In this document: positions 1 through 12,320 of the stretch, in pieces
How the letters are laid out: each line of letters begins with the position of its first letter
Numbering within the stretch: position 1 is the stretch's first letter
Source of the DNA: Octopus bimaculoides
Taxonomy: Eukaryota
Length of the DNA stretch: 64,000 nucleotides
Reading direction: 5' to 3'
NCBI RefSeq assembly: GCF_001194135.2
Contig: NC_068985.1
Span: forward strand, 123,353,125 to 123,417,124
The notes under the pieces: generated by a model
Databases searched by the model: none
What the model was told of the DNA's origin: nothing
What the model saw: the letters and a program-made list of their open reading frames with translations, nothing else
Translations under genes and position numbers: made by a program

Positions 1-81
1 ACAGCAAACCACAGCACATACCCAAGGCGCACAGAGCTGCGCTCGGTAGTGAAGTGAAAGCACGTTATAAAAATAAAACTA

Positions 82-86
<5 letters not shown>
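1..86 (+). mobile_element. Probable 3' UTR end of an R4/Dong-like LINE running into (AAT)n
   Basis: Unique sequence ending ...aaaactactg joins (AAT)n directly, as the Dong 3' end at 60626 does. No ORF is visible, so the family call is inference. Confidence 0.35.
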
Positions 87-161
<75 letters not shown>

Positions 162-174
162 CAACAACAACAAC

Positions 175-228
<54 letters not shown>
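85..228 (+). repeat. (AAT)n microsatellite with a short (AAC)n interruption
   Basis: Seen directly. Confidence 0.95.
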
Positions 229-434
229 CCTTTCTACTATAAGCGCAAGACCTGAAATTTTGGTGGAGTGGGATAGTCGATTATCTCGACTCCAGTGCTC
301 AACTGGTGCTTATTTCATCGACCCCGAAAGTATAAATGGCAAGGTCGACCTCGACGGCATTTGAACACAGAATGTAAAAGAAAATGAAATGCCGCTAAGC
401 ATTCTGCCCGGCGTCCTAACGATTCTGCCAGCTC
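229..434 (-). mobile_element. SINE family 1 (tRNA-derived head GAGCTGGCAGAA)
   Basis: Reverse complement matches the plus copies at 6452, 9560 and 60347 (GAGTTCAAAT B-box, ttcggggtcgat core). Confidence 0.85.
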
Positions 435-453
435 ACATAACAACAGCAACAAC

Positions 454-509
<56 letters not shown>

Positions 510-1902
510 CAAATCATCATTAGTAATAAAACAGTATAATCTGAGGAAGCTAGTGATCCGTAGATTATCATACAAACAAAACAAGTGGAATAAATATTGA
601 GTTCTCAGAAGAAGAGAGCATTTGCCGTTCCTTTTGCTGGCTTTTCTCCTGCTCTTCTTTTTCTTCCACGCTCTTTCTCTTGCTCTCCCTTGCTTCCTGT
701 GTTTGCGCGTGCATGCCTTCCTTACTCTATACTATCTTTAGTATCTCTATTCTTTTTCCCTTTCTTCGAGTACTTCTCTATCTGTCTTCTCTGTCAATTT
801 ATCCTTCTTTCTGTTTCTCTCCATTCCTCTCCCCAAACACAAATACGTACTTACACAAACACACGCGCGTACACACACACACACACACACATCATTAATT
901 GTTTTGCAGCTTTCAATTCTTCAAAAATAACTAAACAACATAACATCCTAAGTTCCATAATGCTTTATTTCAAACGATATCAAGACGGAACTCATTTCTT
1001 TCGTATAAACTTAAGCGATTATTAAATTTACATAGAGATACACAAACGCGTGTGTATACACGTAGTATTTACACTGTACGTTATCGCAGTCAAAACCACT
1101 GAAGGAATTGCTTAAAATTAAATCATAGAAGTTCAACCAGAAAATGTTGAGAATAATTAAGATTACTTGCGTGGGTAAATAAAAAAAAACAAATTAAGAT
1201 TTCTAAACTGTAGGAAGAACATCGTTAGTAATTCATCTTAGAACCATCAAGTTGCTTCAAACGCATGTTTAACAAATTAATCATAATAAATATATTTCAC
1301 TTTCGTACAATGCCTCTAGACATTTGAAGCCCATTGCTTCAAAGCTAATAATTTAATTAGACGAAAATGTAAAGATGGCAATATAACGGAGTTGTTCAAA
1401 GGTAAGTATTATTGGCTTATGGAAGTTTATATCGATTACGAACATTTTGTTGTATTTGGGAAACCCAGTTCTTTCAGTGACGAACCTTTCTCTCAATCAG
1501 TCTGTCAATCTCTCTCTCTCCCTCTTACCCTCTCTCTCTCCCTTCTCTCTCTCTCTTCTCTCGCGCTTATTTATGTAGAGGTAAACAGATAAATCAGTCC
1601 TTTGGTGTTGATTTCAATATTTTCTTTGTATTTTGTATAATCAATCAGAGAACAATAGCTCCGTTGGTTACATGCTTTTCAGCGGGCTCACTCAATAGAT
1701 CAATGTGTTTACGGAGGGGAATATGACACGGTATTGTCTGAGCAACTCAATATAGGAAATGTCATTGGGGACTCTTTTCGAGAGTACTAACTGGTCGGTT
1801 TTCTCTTTGATTTCTACATTATATTACTGATCTAAATCTGATTTGGGAGGTGGAGGGTTGCATACTTCACAAACTTTCTGGTAATCAATTTCCACACACA
1901 CT

Positions 1903-1934
<32 letters not shown>

Positions 1935-2071
1935 CACACACATGCACACGCACACACACACACATACAGACAAACAGACAAATGAATGTATGTATATTGT
2001 ATGATTCGTATGCATGTGTGTGTGTGCGTGTGTGTGTGTGTATGTATGTATATATATATATATATATATAT

Positions 2072-4352
2072 ATAAACATTCTCACTATATATTACACGCT
2101 TACGTAGTCGCATCAGTTTTATCCTGTCTTTACTTCATAACACTTCGAACTTTTCTTGAACTATTCTACCTGGATTCTCTACCTGGACTTTCTACTCTCC
2201 TACACTCGGACTCCTACACTTCTGCTGCACTTCTCCTACCCATGGATTACACTGGACTCTTCCGAAGATGAGAAATCGCTCCAATACACCACGACCTTTT
2301 GCACTTTTCTGAACTTTTTTGTACTTTCTGCTTTTCCCTTTTGTCGTTTCCACATTTCTTTCCGCTTTCAACTTTCTATTAACCTTTCCCTACTAATTTT
2401 TTAAAAAAACACGCTTCTCTAGCCACATTTCCTTTCTCAGTCGCTGCCTTCATCACCACCTCACCCCTACCTAAAGGTTTCTGCCTCCATTTCTACGCCA
2501 CTCCCCACTCTGCTTCAACCATCCTACCCATACTCCGTACTACATCTTACCGCCTTATGCGCGCCACCATTCGTTCTAATCTCTCCAAAATACACACCAT
2601 TGCCCGCCTTCTCCCTCTTGCCTTTTCCATCTTCTTCTCCTCTCAATCGCCCTCCCATGCTAACACTACTTTACGTTACATAATTCCTTTAAATCATCTC
2701 TTTCATCAATGTTTCGCTCACACAAAACAACGTAAACTCCACTCACTCCTCCATTCCATCACACCAGATGCCACTACCCCAACTCCTCCCCTACCCCTCT
2801 CCTTTCCTCATACGTTCCCCCACCCTTATCAAACTCCCCCGTCCTTCCCAACCGACCCGCATACCCTTCATCCCCTCCCTCCCGATTTTCCACCCCCCCC
2901 ACCACCGCTCCTAGTTCTGTCCCATCCACCCCTTCTCCACTTCAGTTTGTTATTACCATTCCTCCAGATCTTCCCCTCTCTGAGACAGAGTGCTCCCTTC
3001 TTTGTAGGGATCTGCGTTTCACCCCCCTCACTCCATCCAGCAATGAATTTCGGACTCGTGCTTTGTGCGCCGCGTTAGGTTGTATGTGCTTTTATGCGGC
3101 ATTCCACCTGCAACTAATGTGAGGACTGCTTCACCGACTTGGGCCGCTGACCATCCCAGTGGACGCCAGCTCCTGGCCAGTTCCAAGCAGTTGATCCTTT
3201 TGCGGGTGCCAGCCAGCGCGCTATGGACCGGTTTGATTTTCCAAGCGTCCCCTACATCTGAACATCTCCCCAGCCGAACTCTCGGCACTTCAATGTCTCC
3301 GACGCCGCACGGACAGCATCACAAAACCGGCTGACAAGGGTAGAGCCGTGGTGGTGTGGGGCGCGGACCTCTACAAGGCATCCCTCACCTCTCACATCCA
3401 TGACACCGACCATGCTCTTCGTTTTTCAACTCTTTCTCCTTCCCTCCTGGCCCCTCTAAACTTCTCTTTACTCTTGACATCAAGAGTCTATACACGGTGA
3501 TCCTTCACCACAAGAGGCTGCGTGCACTCCAACATTTCCTTGACCTTCGACCCAACCTGACACATCCACACACTTTCGTCTGACTGAACTTGTCCTCCTA
3601 CTTAACTGCTTCGCGGGTGAATTTTACCAGCAGAAAGGAGGAGGGGAGGAGAGTTGAGTCCATGTGACGCAAAGGAACGAAGAGAGAAGATTAATCTCTG
3701 TTCACGNNNNNNNNNNNNNNNNNNNNNNNNNNNNNNNNNNNNNNNNNNNNNNNNNNNNNNNNNNNNNNNNNNNNNNNNNNNNNNNNNNNNNNNNNNNNNN
3801 NNNNNNNNNNNNNNNNNNNNNNNNNNNNNNNNNNNNNNNNNNNNNNNNNNNNNNNNNNNNNNNNNNNNNNNNNNNNNNNNNNNNNNNNNNNNNNNNNNNN
3901 NNNNNNNNNNNNNNNNNNNNNNNNNNNNNNNNNNNNNNNNNNNNGCACACATTAGCACTGACCACTTCTCAGCACCCACTCCATCATCTATACACCTACA
4001 CATGCACATACGCAGACGTCAAGGTCACCAGCCTCCTTCCACACGCACATACACGCTCTCACATACATACACACGCGCACCTTCGTTTTGGGATCACCAC
4101 TACTTTATTATCTCCTCTTCTTCCTAGCTCTCCTGTGTGACCCCTTTGTCCGGCATTCCCCATGATAGATCGCTAGCTACTAAACCTTTTTTTATTTTCT
4201 CTCCCTGTTTATTTCTGTGTTCCTTTCTGTCGAAGAGCGTAGGCTCGAAACGTAAAAGACTTTCTCACTTCCTGAGCGTTAAACTAATACATATGTTTGT
4301 TGTTTACACACCCGTCTTCGTCTTTTGCCTTTTCGTAAATTCTCACTATATA
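2072..4352 (+). mobile_element. Decayed Penelope-like element (RT remnants, terminal repeat, hammerhead-like 3' end), interrupted by a gap
   Basis: PADKGRAVVVW at ~3330-3360 and LLFTLDIKSLYTVI...LQHFLDLRP at ~3465-3555 are PLE RT motifs. attctcactatatat occurs at both ends (2077 and 4339). Confidence 0.75.
4223..4258 (+). ncRNA. Minimal hammerhead-like motif with variant core (CUGUCGA)
   Basis: CUUU-CUGUCGAA-GAGC(GUAG)GCUC-GAAA-CG-UA-AAAG. Stems I and II close and stem III is the palindrome ACGU. Confidence 0.6.
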
Positions 4353-4446
4353 TATTTATGTATGTATGTATGTATGTATGTATGTATGTATGCTTTTGAC
4401 GGCGGGGTCACCAATTGTAACGGATTTTGTCGGCGGGGTGACCAAT

Positions 4447-4861
4447 TGTAAGATGTGTTACGTCGAAGAAGAGAAAGATGATGTGAACGTCGTTGTGTTG
4501 GACTTCAAGGAATAAGGACAGTGGTCGAAGTTGTAGGTAGCATATATGTTATTTACCGTTACTTGATATGTATAACCAAACCACGGTGGACAGGCGTGCA
4601 CAAACTAATCGAAAGTTAGTTTTTCCTTGTATGAGAGTGTGCATGTTCGCGTTGTCATAGCAGCAGGAAAGAGACAGAGTGATGTTTGTTAGAATGGCAC
4701 TAGTGAAAGTGAGACAGGAGAGGGAAGTTGTATGGTGAAATATCCTAGCGGCCGATTGCTTTCTCTCTCTCTCTAGCCGTCTTCCTCTCGTGGTCTGCTT
4801 AGAACTGCTTGTATTTATAAGTATGCAGACCAGCTAGAAAAAGAGGTATACCGCTCTAACA
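4447..4861 (-). mobile_element. LTR (Gypsy-like) followed by a tRNA-Trp primer binding site
   Basis: The minus strand starts TGTTAG and ends CTTACA, has TATAAATA near 4812-4819, and is followed by AT-TGGT(C/G)ACCCCG. Confidence 0.6.
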
Positions 4862-5317
4862 ATGGCTAAATTAATGTAGGTCACTCATCATCTATTTCAA
4901 CTTTTCATGGCATAGAAAAGGTTAAGAGTCAAGTGGAAAACACATAGGTCTGCCTTCCTATTTTGACAGAACAATAGACCGTGTGGCTAGGGGGAATAGG
5001 ACCAAACAAGGTCTCTACATATGTATATGATCCACCTAGTTTTCGTCTACATAGTTCCACTCACAAGGCAATCAATTTTACCTTTCATACCTCCAGGGTC
5101 GATGAAATGAAGTACCAGCCGAGTAGAAGGTTCGACTTGTTCTCCTGTGCCTGTATTAGAAACAATTATTAGAAACACGGTAGATGATCAGAATTGGTAA
5201 TGCTGAAGATTTATGACGTATTAATCCTGTTTATTTAATCCTGTTTATTTCCCTGTTGAATTCAAATTCATCAGAGCTCAGACATGCCTTTCATCCCTCT
5301 GCTTTCGATAAACTTGA

Positions 5318-5690
5318 CTCTGTGGTTAAGAAGCTCGCTTTGCAACCACGTGTTTTCGAGTTCAGTCTCACTACGTGGCACCTTGGTCAAGTGTCTTCTA
5401 ATATAGCCTTAGACCGACCAATACCTTGGAATTGAATTTAGTAGATAGAAAACTGTGTGAAAGATGTTTTTCAAATAAATGTGTATGTGTCTTTGTGTTT
5501 TCCCCACGCCCTTATCATTGGGCAATCCCGTTATTTAACGGTTCTCAACAAAAGAGACGGTTAGAATAAGTACAAAACTAAAGAAAGATAGATTTTGGGG
5601 TCGATTTGTTCGCCTCGGCTCTTCAAGGCAGTGCCCCAACATGAATGCAGTATAATGACTGAAACGAGTGAAATATAAAAGATATATTGT
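5318..5690 (+). mobile_element. SINE family 2 (tRNA-derived, tail cagcatggccgcagtc...gaaacaagt), diverged
   Basis: Aligns by eye with the copies at 37467 and 42650. Confidence 0.75.
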
Positions 5691-5959
5691 GATGAAATCT
5701 GGTTTCCGTATAACTGGAACTGATGAAAGGCAGATATTTACCACGACTGATGTCTTGGAGTATCTGTTCCAGTTCTTTGTGTTCTGACAGTAACATTTGT
5801 GACGTAAAGTATGTGAATATAGCAAGAATATTGCGCAGAGAAAAGATGGAAAAAGAGTACAAAAGGATGCATTATGAGACGTTGAGGAAATCCGCATTCT
5901 CCCCGTCTGTCCATCTTCTCCGCCCACTACTCATTGAAGGGACGTGAGAGTTGTGTCTT

Positions 5960-6400
5960 TAGTCACCTCCTCCACGGGTCCTATCAGAAGTAGCCTTCAT
6001 TATACTTTCCAGCCGGATTCCCTAGCGTGACCTGAATGGGTTTGCTGTTGAGTGCTGCAAGACAGGCGTGAGAATAAGTGTTGTGAAGACTGAAACATTA
6101 GCTCGCTCAAGAAAGTCTTTCCAATGCTCTCAGCATGCTAGTAGAACATCTCTGAGGCAAGTTGGGAATTTTAAAGTATACCAGAGTCGCAGTCACGAGT
6201 GATGGGAAACAGGAGTCTGAATTGGATACTAGACTTGCAGGTCCTGGTTCAGAAATGTGCCAACTCCATCAATGGATCCTCAGAAAAAGAAAAATTGTTA
6301 TAAAAAATGCCAAACTGGCTATCTTCAATTCGGTTTTGCTGCCTATCCTCAGTTATAGCCAAGGATGTTGTGCAATGACAGAAAGTGTGCAGTCAAAATA
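5960..6400 (+). mobile_element. RTE-clade LINE RT C-terminal fragment
   Basis: DLNGFAVECCKTGVRISVVKTE, VTSDGKQESELDTRL and AKLAIFNSVLLPILSY match RTE RT/thumb. Frameshifted. Confidence 0.7.
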
Positions 6401-6451
6401 AAATTAAAGTGATAGTAAGAAACTGTCAATGAAAATATTTGTTCGATTCAA

Positions 6452-6646
6452 GCGGCGATCTGGCAGAATCGTTAAGCACGCCAGGCAAAATGCTTAGCAA
6501 CATGCTGTCTGTCTTTTCGTTCTGAGCTCAAATTCCACCAAGGTCGGTTTTGCCTTTCATCCTTTCGTGGTCGATAAAATAAGTAATAGTTGAACACTGG
6601 GGTCGATTTAATCGACTTAGCCTCTCTCCCAAACCTGCTGGCCTAA
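6452..6646 (+). mobile_element. SINE family 1
   Basis: Head ggcgatctggcagaatcg and core ttgcctttcatcctttcgtggtcgataaaataagt. Confidence 0.85.
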
Positions 6647-6716
6647 TGACTGCGATGGCACTATTGTCTAGTTGTATAAACTATTGCCTTTCTTTGAAAC
6701 AATATCTACAGTACTT

Positions 6717-6769
<53 letters not shown>

Positions 6770-6949
6770 GACAGACAGACAGACAGAGACGTTTCATAGA
6801 AAGCTGTTGGCTTTCCATGGAAAAACACCTTGCTCCGGTCTGCCCCTCAGAAAGGCAAATTCATGAATTCGAGAGGTAATCAGAAGTTATTGAAGATCCA
6901 GTGGCATTCTTTGAAAAATTATAATTGATTCGAGGCCAGAGGACTAGAT

Positions 6950-7230
6950 TTCGTCATGATATAAAAAGACAAAGAGAAACAGAAAACTTAGAAAAACCAT
7001 AGGTTTTTTTCTGTAACAAAAGGCGACTGGGTTGAAGCAAAAGAAGCAAAAATTATAATAAAGATATTTGGAGCTGGAGTAGAGAGCTAAGAAAGCTTTA
7101 CGTGAGCCATTAAACGTTATTACAATTGTCATATGAAAGTTAGAAACAACACCGAAACGGTTTTTACAAGAGTAAAAGACACTTAGATAGAGCGCAGACA
7201 CGGAGTGGCAAAAATAAAAACGAAACAACT
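6950..7230 (+). mobile_element. Degenerate R4/Dong RLE endonuclease fragment
   Basis: FSVTKGDWVEAKEAK and LNVITIVI.KLETTPKRF resemble the IDFxVPxD..KExEK and VIPIVIGALGTxPK motifs. Confidence 0.45.
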
Positions 7231-7735
7231 GTCATATTCTATTCTATATGAATCCTTCAAAAGAAGATTTATCATCAAATATAAAAAAAAGCAAAACAAC
7301 ATTACACATAAAAATAGAACAGTAAAATAAAGATAACACAAGAAATATATAATGGCCAAAAACCAAACGATAAAAAGGCAAACATTAACGCTAGAAACAT
7401 TGAGAACGTAAATGATAAAGACAGGCTTTTAAGCAAACAAAACATAAATATTATACAGCAAAACGCCAGGAAATCAAGCCAGAGAATAACGACGGAATAC
7501 GGACCATCAAAAGCTGTAGCAATACTACTCAGCGAATTCTAAAGATGAAGATTTTACATATGAAAATAGTCTGAATGTGTAAATAGCTAAAGAAATAAAA
7601 TCGATAGATCTTCCTTTGGACCAACGAAAGGTAAAAATTGAAGATGTGTGTAAATGTGCGCGTGTGAGTGTGTATGAGTGTGTGTGCGTAGTGGTAAAGA
7701 TGAAACGAATATTTATGTATGTATGTATACATCCG

Positions 7736-8733
7736 GGATCTTTCTCATTTGGCGGGCACCATTTTTTATTTGTTTTATTTTGTGTGTTTTCTACCGAAAC
7801 ACTTTAAAACTTCGTATACTTGTATATTTTGTCTTATAGAACATAGAAAACTTTTTATATTCGAAGTTATTTCATGTTAAAAGTTGTCGTATTTCGGTAA
7901 TTTCAACCAATCACTGACGTCTATTGAGGTTAAAACAATTACTGCTATGGATTGTCAACAAAACGTTGTGCGGTGTAATGGGATCTTTTCCCTTGAATAA
8001 AATTAGTGCCGTTTTTTGTCAACAACAACTACCGGCAGTACTGTTATTTATGACATCGTTCGTGCGTTTATACTGGTTTTAGCTTTAGGATTTTAGGGTT
8101 ACGGTTAGGGTTTTAGAGTTAGGGTTAGGGTTAGGGTTNNNNNNNNNNNNNNNNNNNNNNNNNNNNNNNNNNNNNNNNNNNNNNNNNNNNNNNNNNNNNN
8201 NNNNNNNNNNNNNNNNNNNNNNNNNNNNNNNNNNNNNNNNNNNNNNNNNNNNNNNNNNNNNNNNNNNNNNNNNNNNNNNNNNNNNNNNNNNNNNNNNNNN
8301 NNNNNNNNNNNNNNNNNNNNNNNNNNNNCCCTAACCCTAGCCCTAACCCTAACCCTAACCCTAACCCTAACCCTAAAACCCTAAAGCTAAAACCAGTACA
8401 AACGCACGAACGATGTCATAATAACAGTACTGCCGATAGTTGTTGTTGACAAACAACGGCACTAATTTTATTCAAGGGAAAAGTTCCCATTACACCGCCA
8501 CAACGTGTTGTTGACAAACCACAGCAGTAATTGTTTTCACCTCAATAGACGTCAGTGATTGGTTGAAATTACCGAAATACGACTATTTTAACACAAAATA
8601 ACTTTAAAAAGATAAAATTTTCTCAATAACACTAAAAGAAAAAGATGTTTTATATGACACATTGTACCAGTGTCCCAAGTTTGAAAGTGTTTCGTTAAAA
8701 AAACAAGTGGCGCCCGCCAAATCAGAAAGATCC
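7736..8733. mobile_element. Non-autonomous foldback element with ~400-bp inverted arms and central (TTAGGG)n/(CCCTAA)n
   Basis: Termini GGATCTTTTCTCATTTGGCGGGCACCA and its near reverse complement. Flanks are tacatccg and tacatcct. Gap at 8139-8328. Confidence 0.8.
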
Positions 8734-9034
8734 TACATCCTATGGTTGTATGTATTCAGGCGCGTGCTTAGCTGTATGCTTAAGAAGCTTACTTCACAAC
8801 CACGTAATTTTGGGTTCAATCCTACCGTGTAGCAGCAACAACAACCATAGTAGTAGTAGTAGTAGTAGTGAAGGCATTTAAATTCCCTTTTCAATCTAAA
8901 TAGCTGCAAAAATATCCTATCGGAAGGTAAAGATCTTTACTAAAACCACCCTCACCACCACCACCACCACCACCACCGCCAGCAACAACAACAACATCAC
9001 CACCATCGTTATCATTAAATTTACATCTGATATT

Positions 9035-9262
9035 AATTCATTGTAAGTTTTGCAAAAGGCCAGCGATTTTGAAGGGAGGGGTCGAGTCGATTACATTACC
9101 CTCAATACATCGATCCCAGTGCTCAACTGGTACTTAATTTGTCTATCCCGAAAGAATGAAAGGCAAAGTTAATCTCAGCGGAATTTGAACTCAGAAAGTG
9201 AAGACGGACGAAATGATACCAACTATTTCATTCGTCTTGCTGATTTTGCCAGCTCACCGCCT
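9035..9262 (-). mobile_element. SINE family 1
   Basis: Reverse complement of the family core, with a small internal duplication. Confidence 0.75.
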
Positions 9263-9384
9263 TTCTACAGCTAACATTAATGCCAACATTAATACTGCAA
9301 ACATCACCATTATTTTTACCACTAATATCACTATAACCAGAACTACAACCACTAATATCATTATCAACTGTTATTATTACTATT

Positions 9385-9742
9385 AGCATTTCGTCTGTCT
9401 TTACGTTCTGAGTTCATATTCCACCGAGGTCGACTTTACCTTTTATCTTTTCGGGGGTCGAGAAATTAAGTACCAGTTACGTACTGGGGTCGATCTAATC
9501 GATTGGACCCCTCCACAAAAAATTTCGGGCCTTGTGCCTAGAGTACGAAAGAATTGTTAGCACACTGGACGAAATGTTTAGCGGTATTTCGCCCGTCGCT
9601 ACGTTCTGAGTTCAAATTCCGCCGAGGTCGACTTTGCCTTTCATCCTTTCGGGGTCGATAAAATAAGGACAAGTTGAACACTGGGGTCGATGTAATCGAC
9701 TCATCCCCACCTCCCCCAAGCTGCTCTTGTGGCAAAACTTTG
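9385..9742 (+). mobile_element. Two tandem SINE family 1 copies (the first lacks its head)
   Basis: The core ttccgccgaggtcgactttgcctttcatcctttcggggtcgata appears twice. Confidence 0.85.
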
Positions 9743-9859
9743 GAATAATTATTACAATTAGCACCGACACCATCTCTGCCACACCCGCTCCCACAACCAC
9801 AAATATTGTAGAGACAACGCCTTCACCACGACCACCATAAGTGAAAGAGAAACACCATT

Positions 9860-10032
9860 AGGTGGTAGCTTGACTGGTTAGAAATCGCAACCAAATCTCC
9901 CTCAAATCACGAAGTACTGTCTTGAGAAAGTATACATTGGACGACGTAGTCCTCCTTGATATACAAGAAAACATGGTGGTCACACCCGGAAAGTCTTTTA
10001 CCATCAGCGATGACCTGGTGCTAAACGGCAAC
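9860..10032 (+). repeat. Unclassified interspersed repeat (tagaaat..c.ccaaatctc...gtgctaaacaacaac)
   Basis: Related copies at ~17890-18090 (minus) and ~28375-28562 (plus). Confidence 0.55.
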
Positions 10033-10336
10033 AACTAATACAACTGCTGCTGCTACTGCTGCTGCTGCTGCTACTGCTGCTGCTGCTGCTACTGCTGCTG
10101 CTGCTGCTGCTGAACGTGTCCAGTTAGAACAAACAACGGCAGACTGACACTTAAGCTGCACCGGCTACTAAATACACAAGTAGTCTCCCAGATGCAGAAC
10201 ATATCAAGGACGAGCTCACACATATATGCATTCACACTTGGAGGTCTGTCAAGCAGCGACAGAACCATAGAAAATAGCGTATTAATCTTCAGCCAGTTAC
10301 CGTAACCAGTTTAATTACTCAAGAGTTCCTAGAAAC

Positions 10337-10396
<60 letters not shown>

Positions 10397-10557
10397 GTCT
10401 GTCTGTCTGTTTGTCTGTCTGTCAGTCTGTCTGTTTGCCTGTCTGTCTATTTATATATATCTATCTGTCTGTTTGTCTGTCTATTTGCCTGTCTGTTTGC
10501 CTGTCTGTTTGTCTATCTGTCTGTCTGTCTGTCTTTGAGAGTATGAGTTTATACCCA

Positions 10558-10595
<38 letters not shown>

Positions 10596-10677
10596 TGCAT
10601 ACAAGGTAGTACTTTAACATGACCTTAGTCGTGACGACTAAAACAAAAAAAAAACTGCAGACGTGAAGAACATGCGA

Positions 10678-10721
<44 letters not shown>

Positions 10722-10722
10722 G

Positions 10723-10761
<39 letters not shown>

Positions 10762-10795
10762 GTAGGTAGATAGATAGATAGATAGATAGATAGAA
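10337..10795. repeat. (ATCT)n/(GTCT)n, (CT)n and (GATA)n microsatellite cluster
   Basis: Seen directly. Confidence 0.9.
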
Positions 10796-11558
10796 ATAAC
10801 GGTACAGATAGAAACATGAACAAAGTTGTCATTTAAGAGTCAGAAGAGGCTAACACCAACATCACTACCGAAACCACCACAAAGCATCACCACCACTATT
10901 ACCACCTACACCACTACACCACTGCCACCACCACCGCCACCGCAACCACCGCCACTACACCTAACCCACACTCCTATCCACATCATCACCCGTTCTATAT
11001 TGTATTGTTATGGCTGCATCCTAGTGTCTCTTTCTGAGACATCTGCTGACAAGTACTAACAATTCTCTTTTTCATGTATACTCACATTTCTGTGGCTATC
11101 CTCCCGCTTCCCCACTCTCACTCCCAATGTCACTCTCTCACTCTCACTCTCTCCTCTACTTCTCTCTCTCTCTAATTTCTTTTCTTTCGTGTGTGTGCTT
11201 GAGGAATATCTCAAAATATGCAAATGTCTATAGCTATTATGATTCTTTCTCCAACTATTTTCCTAACGGCTAAGAAACACCAACCTTACAAAGCTTTACA
11301 CCGTTCTAATTAGATTCTCTTCTTATTTCCATGAAGATTTACTGACGTAGGCAAACTTAATGTTCGTGTTGATGCGTTGTCAACGTTCAATGAATAATCG
11401 TGGCTACAGATATAAAAACCACAATATGTGCACGCACATTTGCATGTATGAATAAGTATGTATGCATGCATGTATGTATGTATGTATGCATGTATGTGTA
11501 TACATATGTATGTATGTATGATTGTATGTTTGTATGCATGTATGCATACTTCTACACA

Positions 11559-11594
<36 letters not shown>

Positions 11595-12192
11595 NNNNNN
11601 NNNNNNNNNNNNNNNNNNNNNNNNNNNNNNNNNNNNNNNNNNNNNNNNNNNNNNNNNNNNNNNNNNNNNNNNNNNNNNNNNNNNNNNNNNNNNNNNNNNN
11701 NNNNNNNNNNNNNNNNNNNNNNNNNNNNNNNNNNNNNNNNNNNNNNNNNNNNNNNNNNNNNNNNNNNNNNNNNNNNNNNNNNNNNNNNNNNNNNNNNNNN
11801 NNNNNNNNNNNNNNNNNNNNNNNNNNNNNNNNNNNNNNNNNNNNNNNNNNNNNNNNNNNNNNNNNNNNNNNNNNNNNNNNNNNNNNNNNNNNNNNNNNNN
11901 NNNNNNNNNNNNNNNNNNNNNNNNNNNNNNNNNNNNNNNNNNNNNNNNNNNNNNNNNNNNNNNNNNNNNNNNNNNNNNNNNNNNNNNNNNNNNNNNNNNN
12001 NNNNNNNNNNNNNNNNNNNNTATATATATAACAGATATGATATATGTATGTATATTGACATGGCAAGAAAAACAAAAGACGGCCACAAATTAGTTTCTAA
12101 ATATCACTAAAGAACACGTATTACTTTGTTCATCTTAAATGAAACGTTAATCCCGGTTAAACATATATGCATACATTCATACGTGCACGTAT

Positions 12193-12235
<43 letters not shown>

Positions 12236-12274
12236 ATTGCAAAATGCTGTTTATATTACATCTATATATACACA

Positions 12275-12320
12275 TTAGCATATCGCAAAATCGTCCAATT
12301 ATTTGGACGACGAAAACGTA
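12275..12320 (+). repeat. 46-bp hairpin-containing direct repeat, copy 1
   Basis: 40/46 identical to 15680-15725. Contains TCGTCCAA-ttat-TTGGACGA. Confidence 0.85.

Noticed and set aside
315-2404. ORF-track entries with poly-S, HT/CV and YI runs here and throughout the window
   Set aside because: They are translations of microsatellites or N gaps, not genes.
8100-8375. Ancestral chromosome-fusion site
   Set aside because: The telomeric tracts lie within TIR-bounded, TSD-flanked arms, which fits a transposon better.
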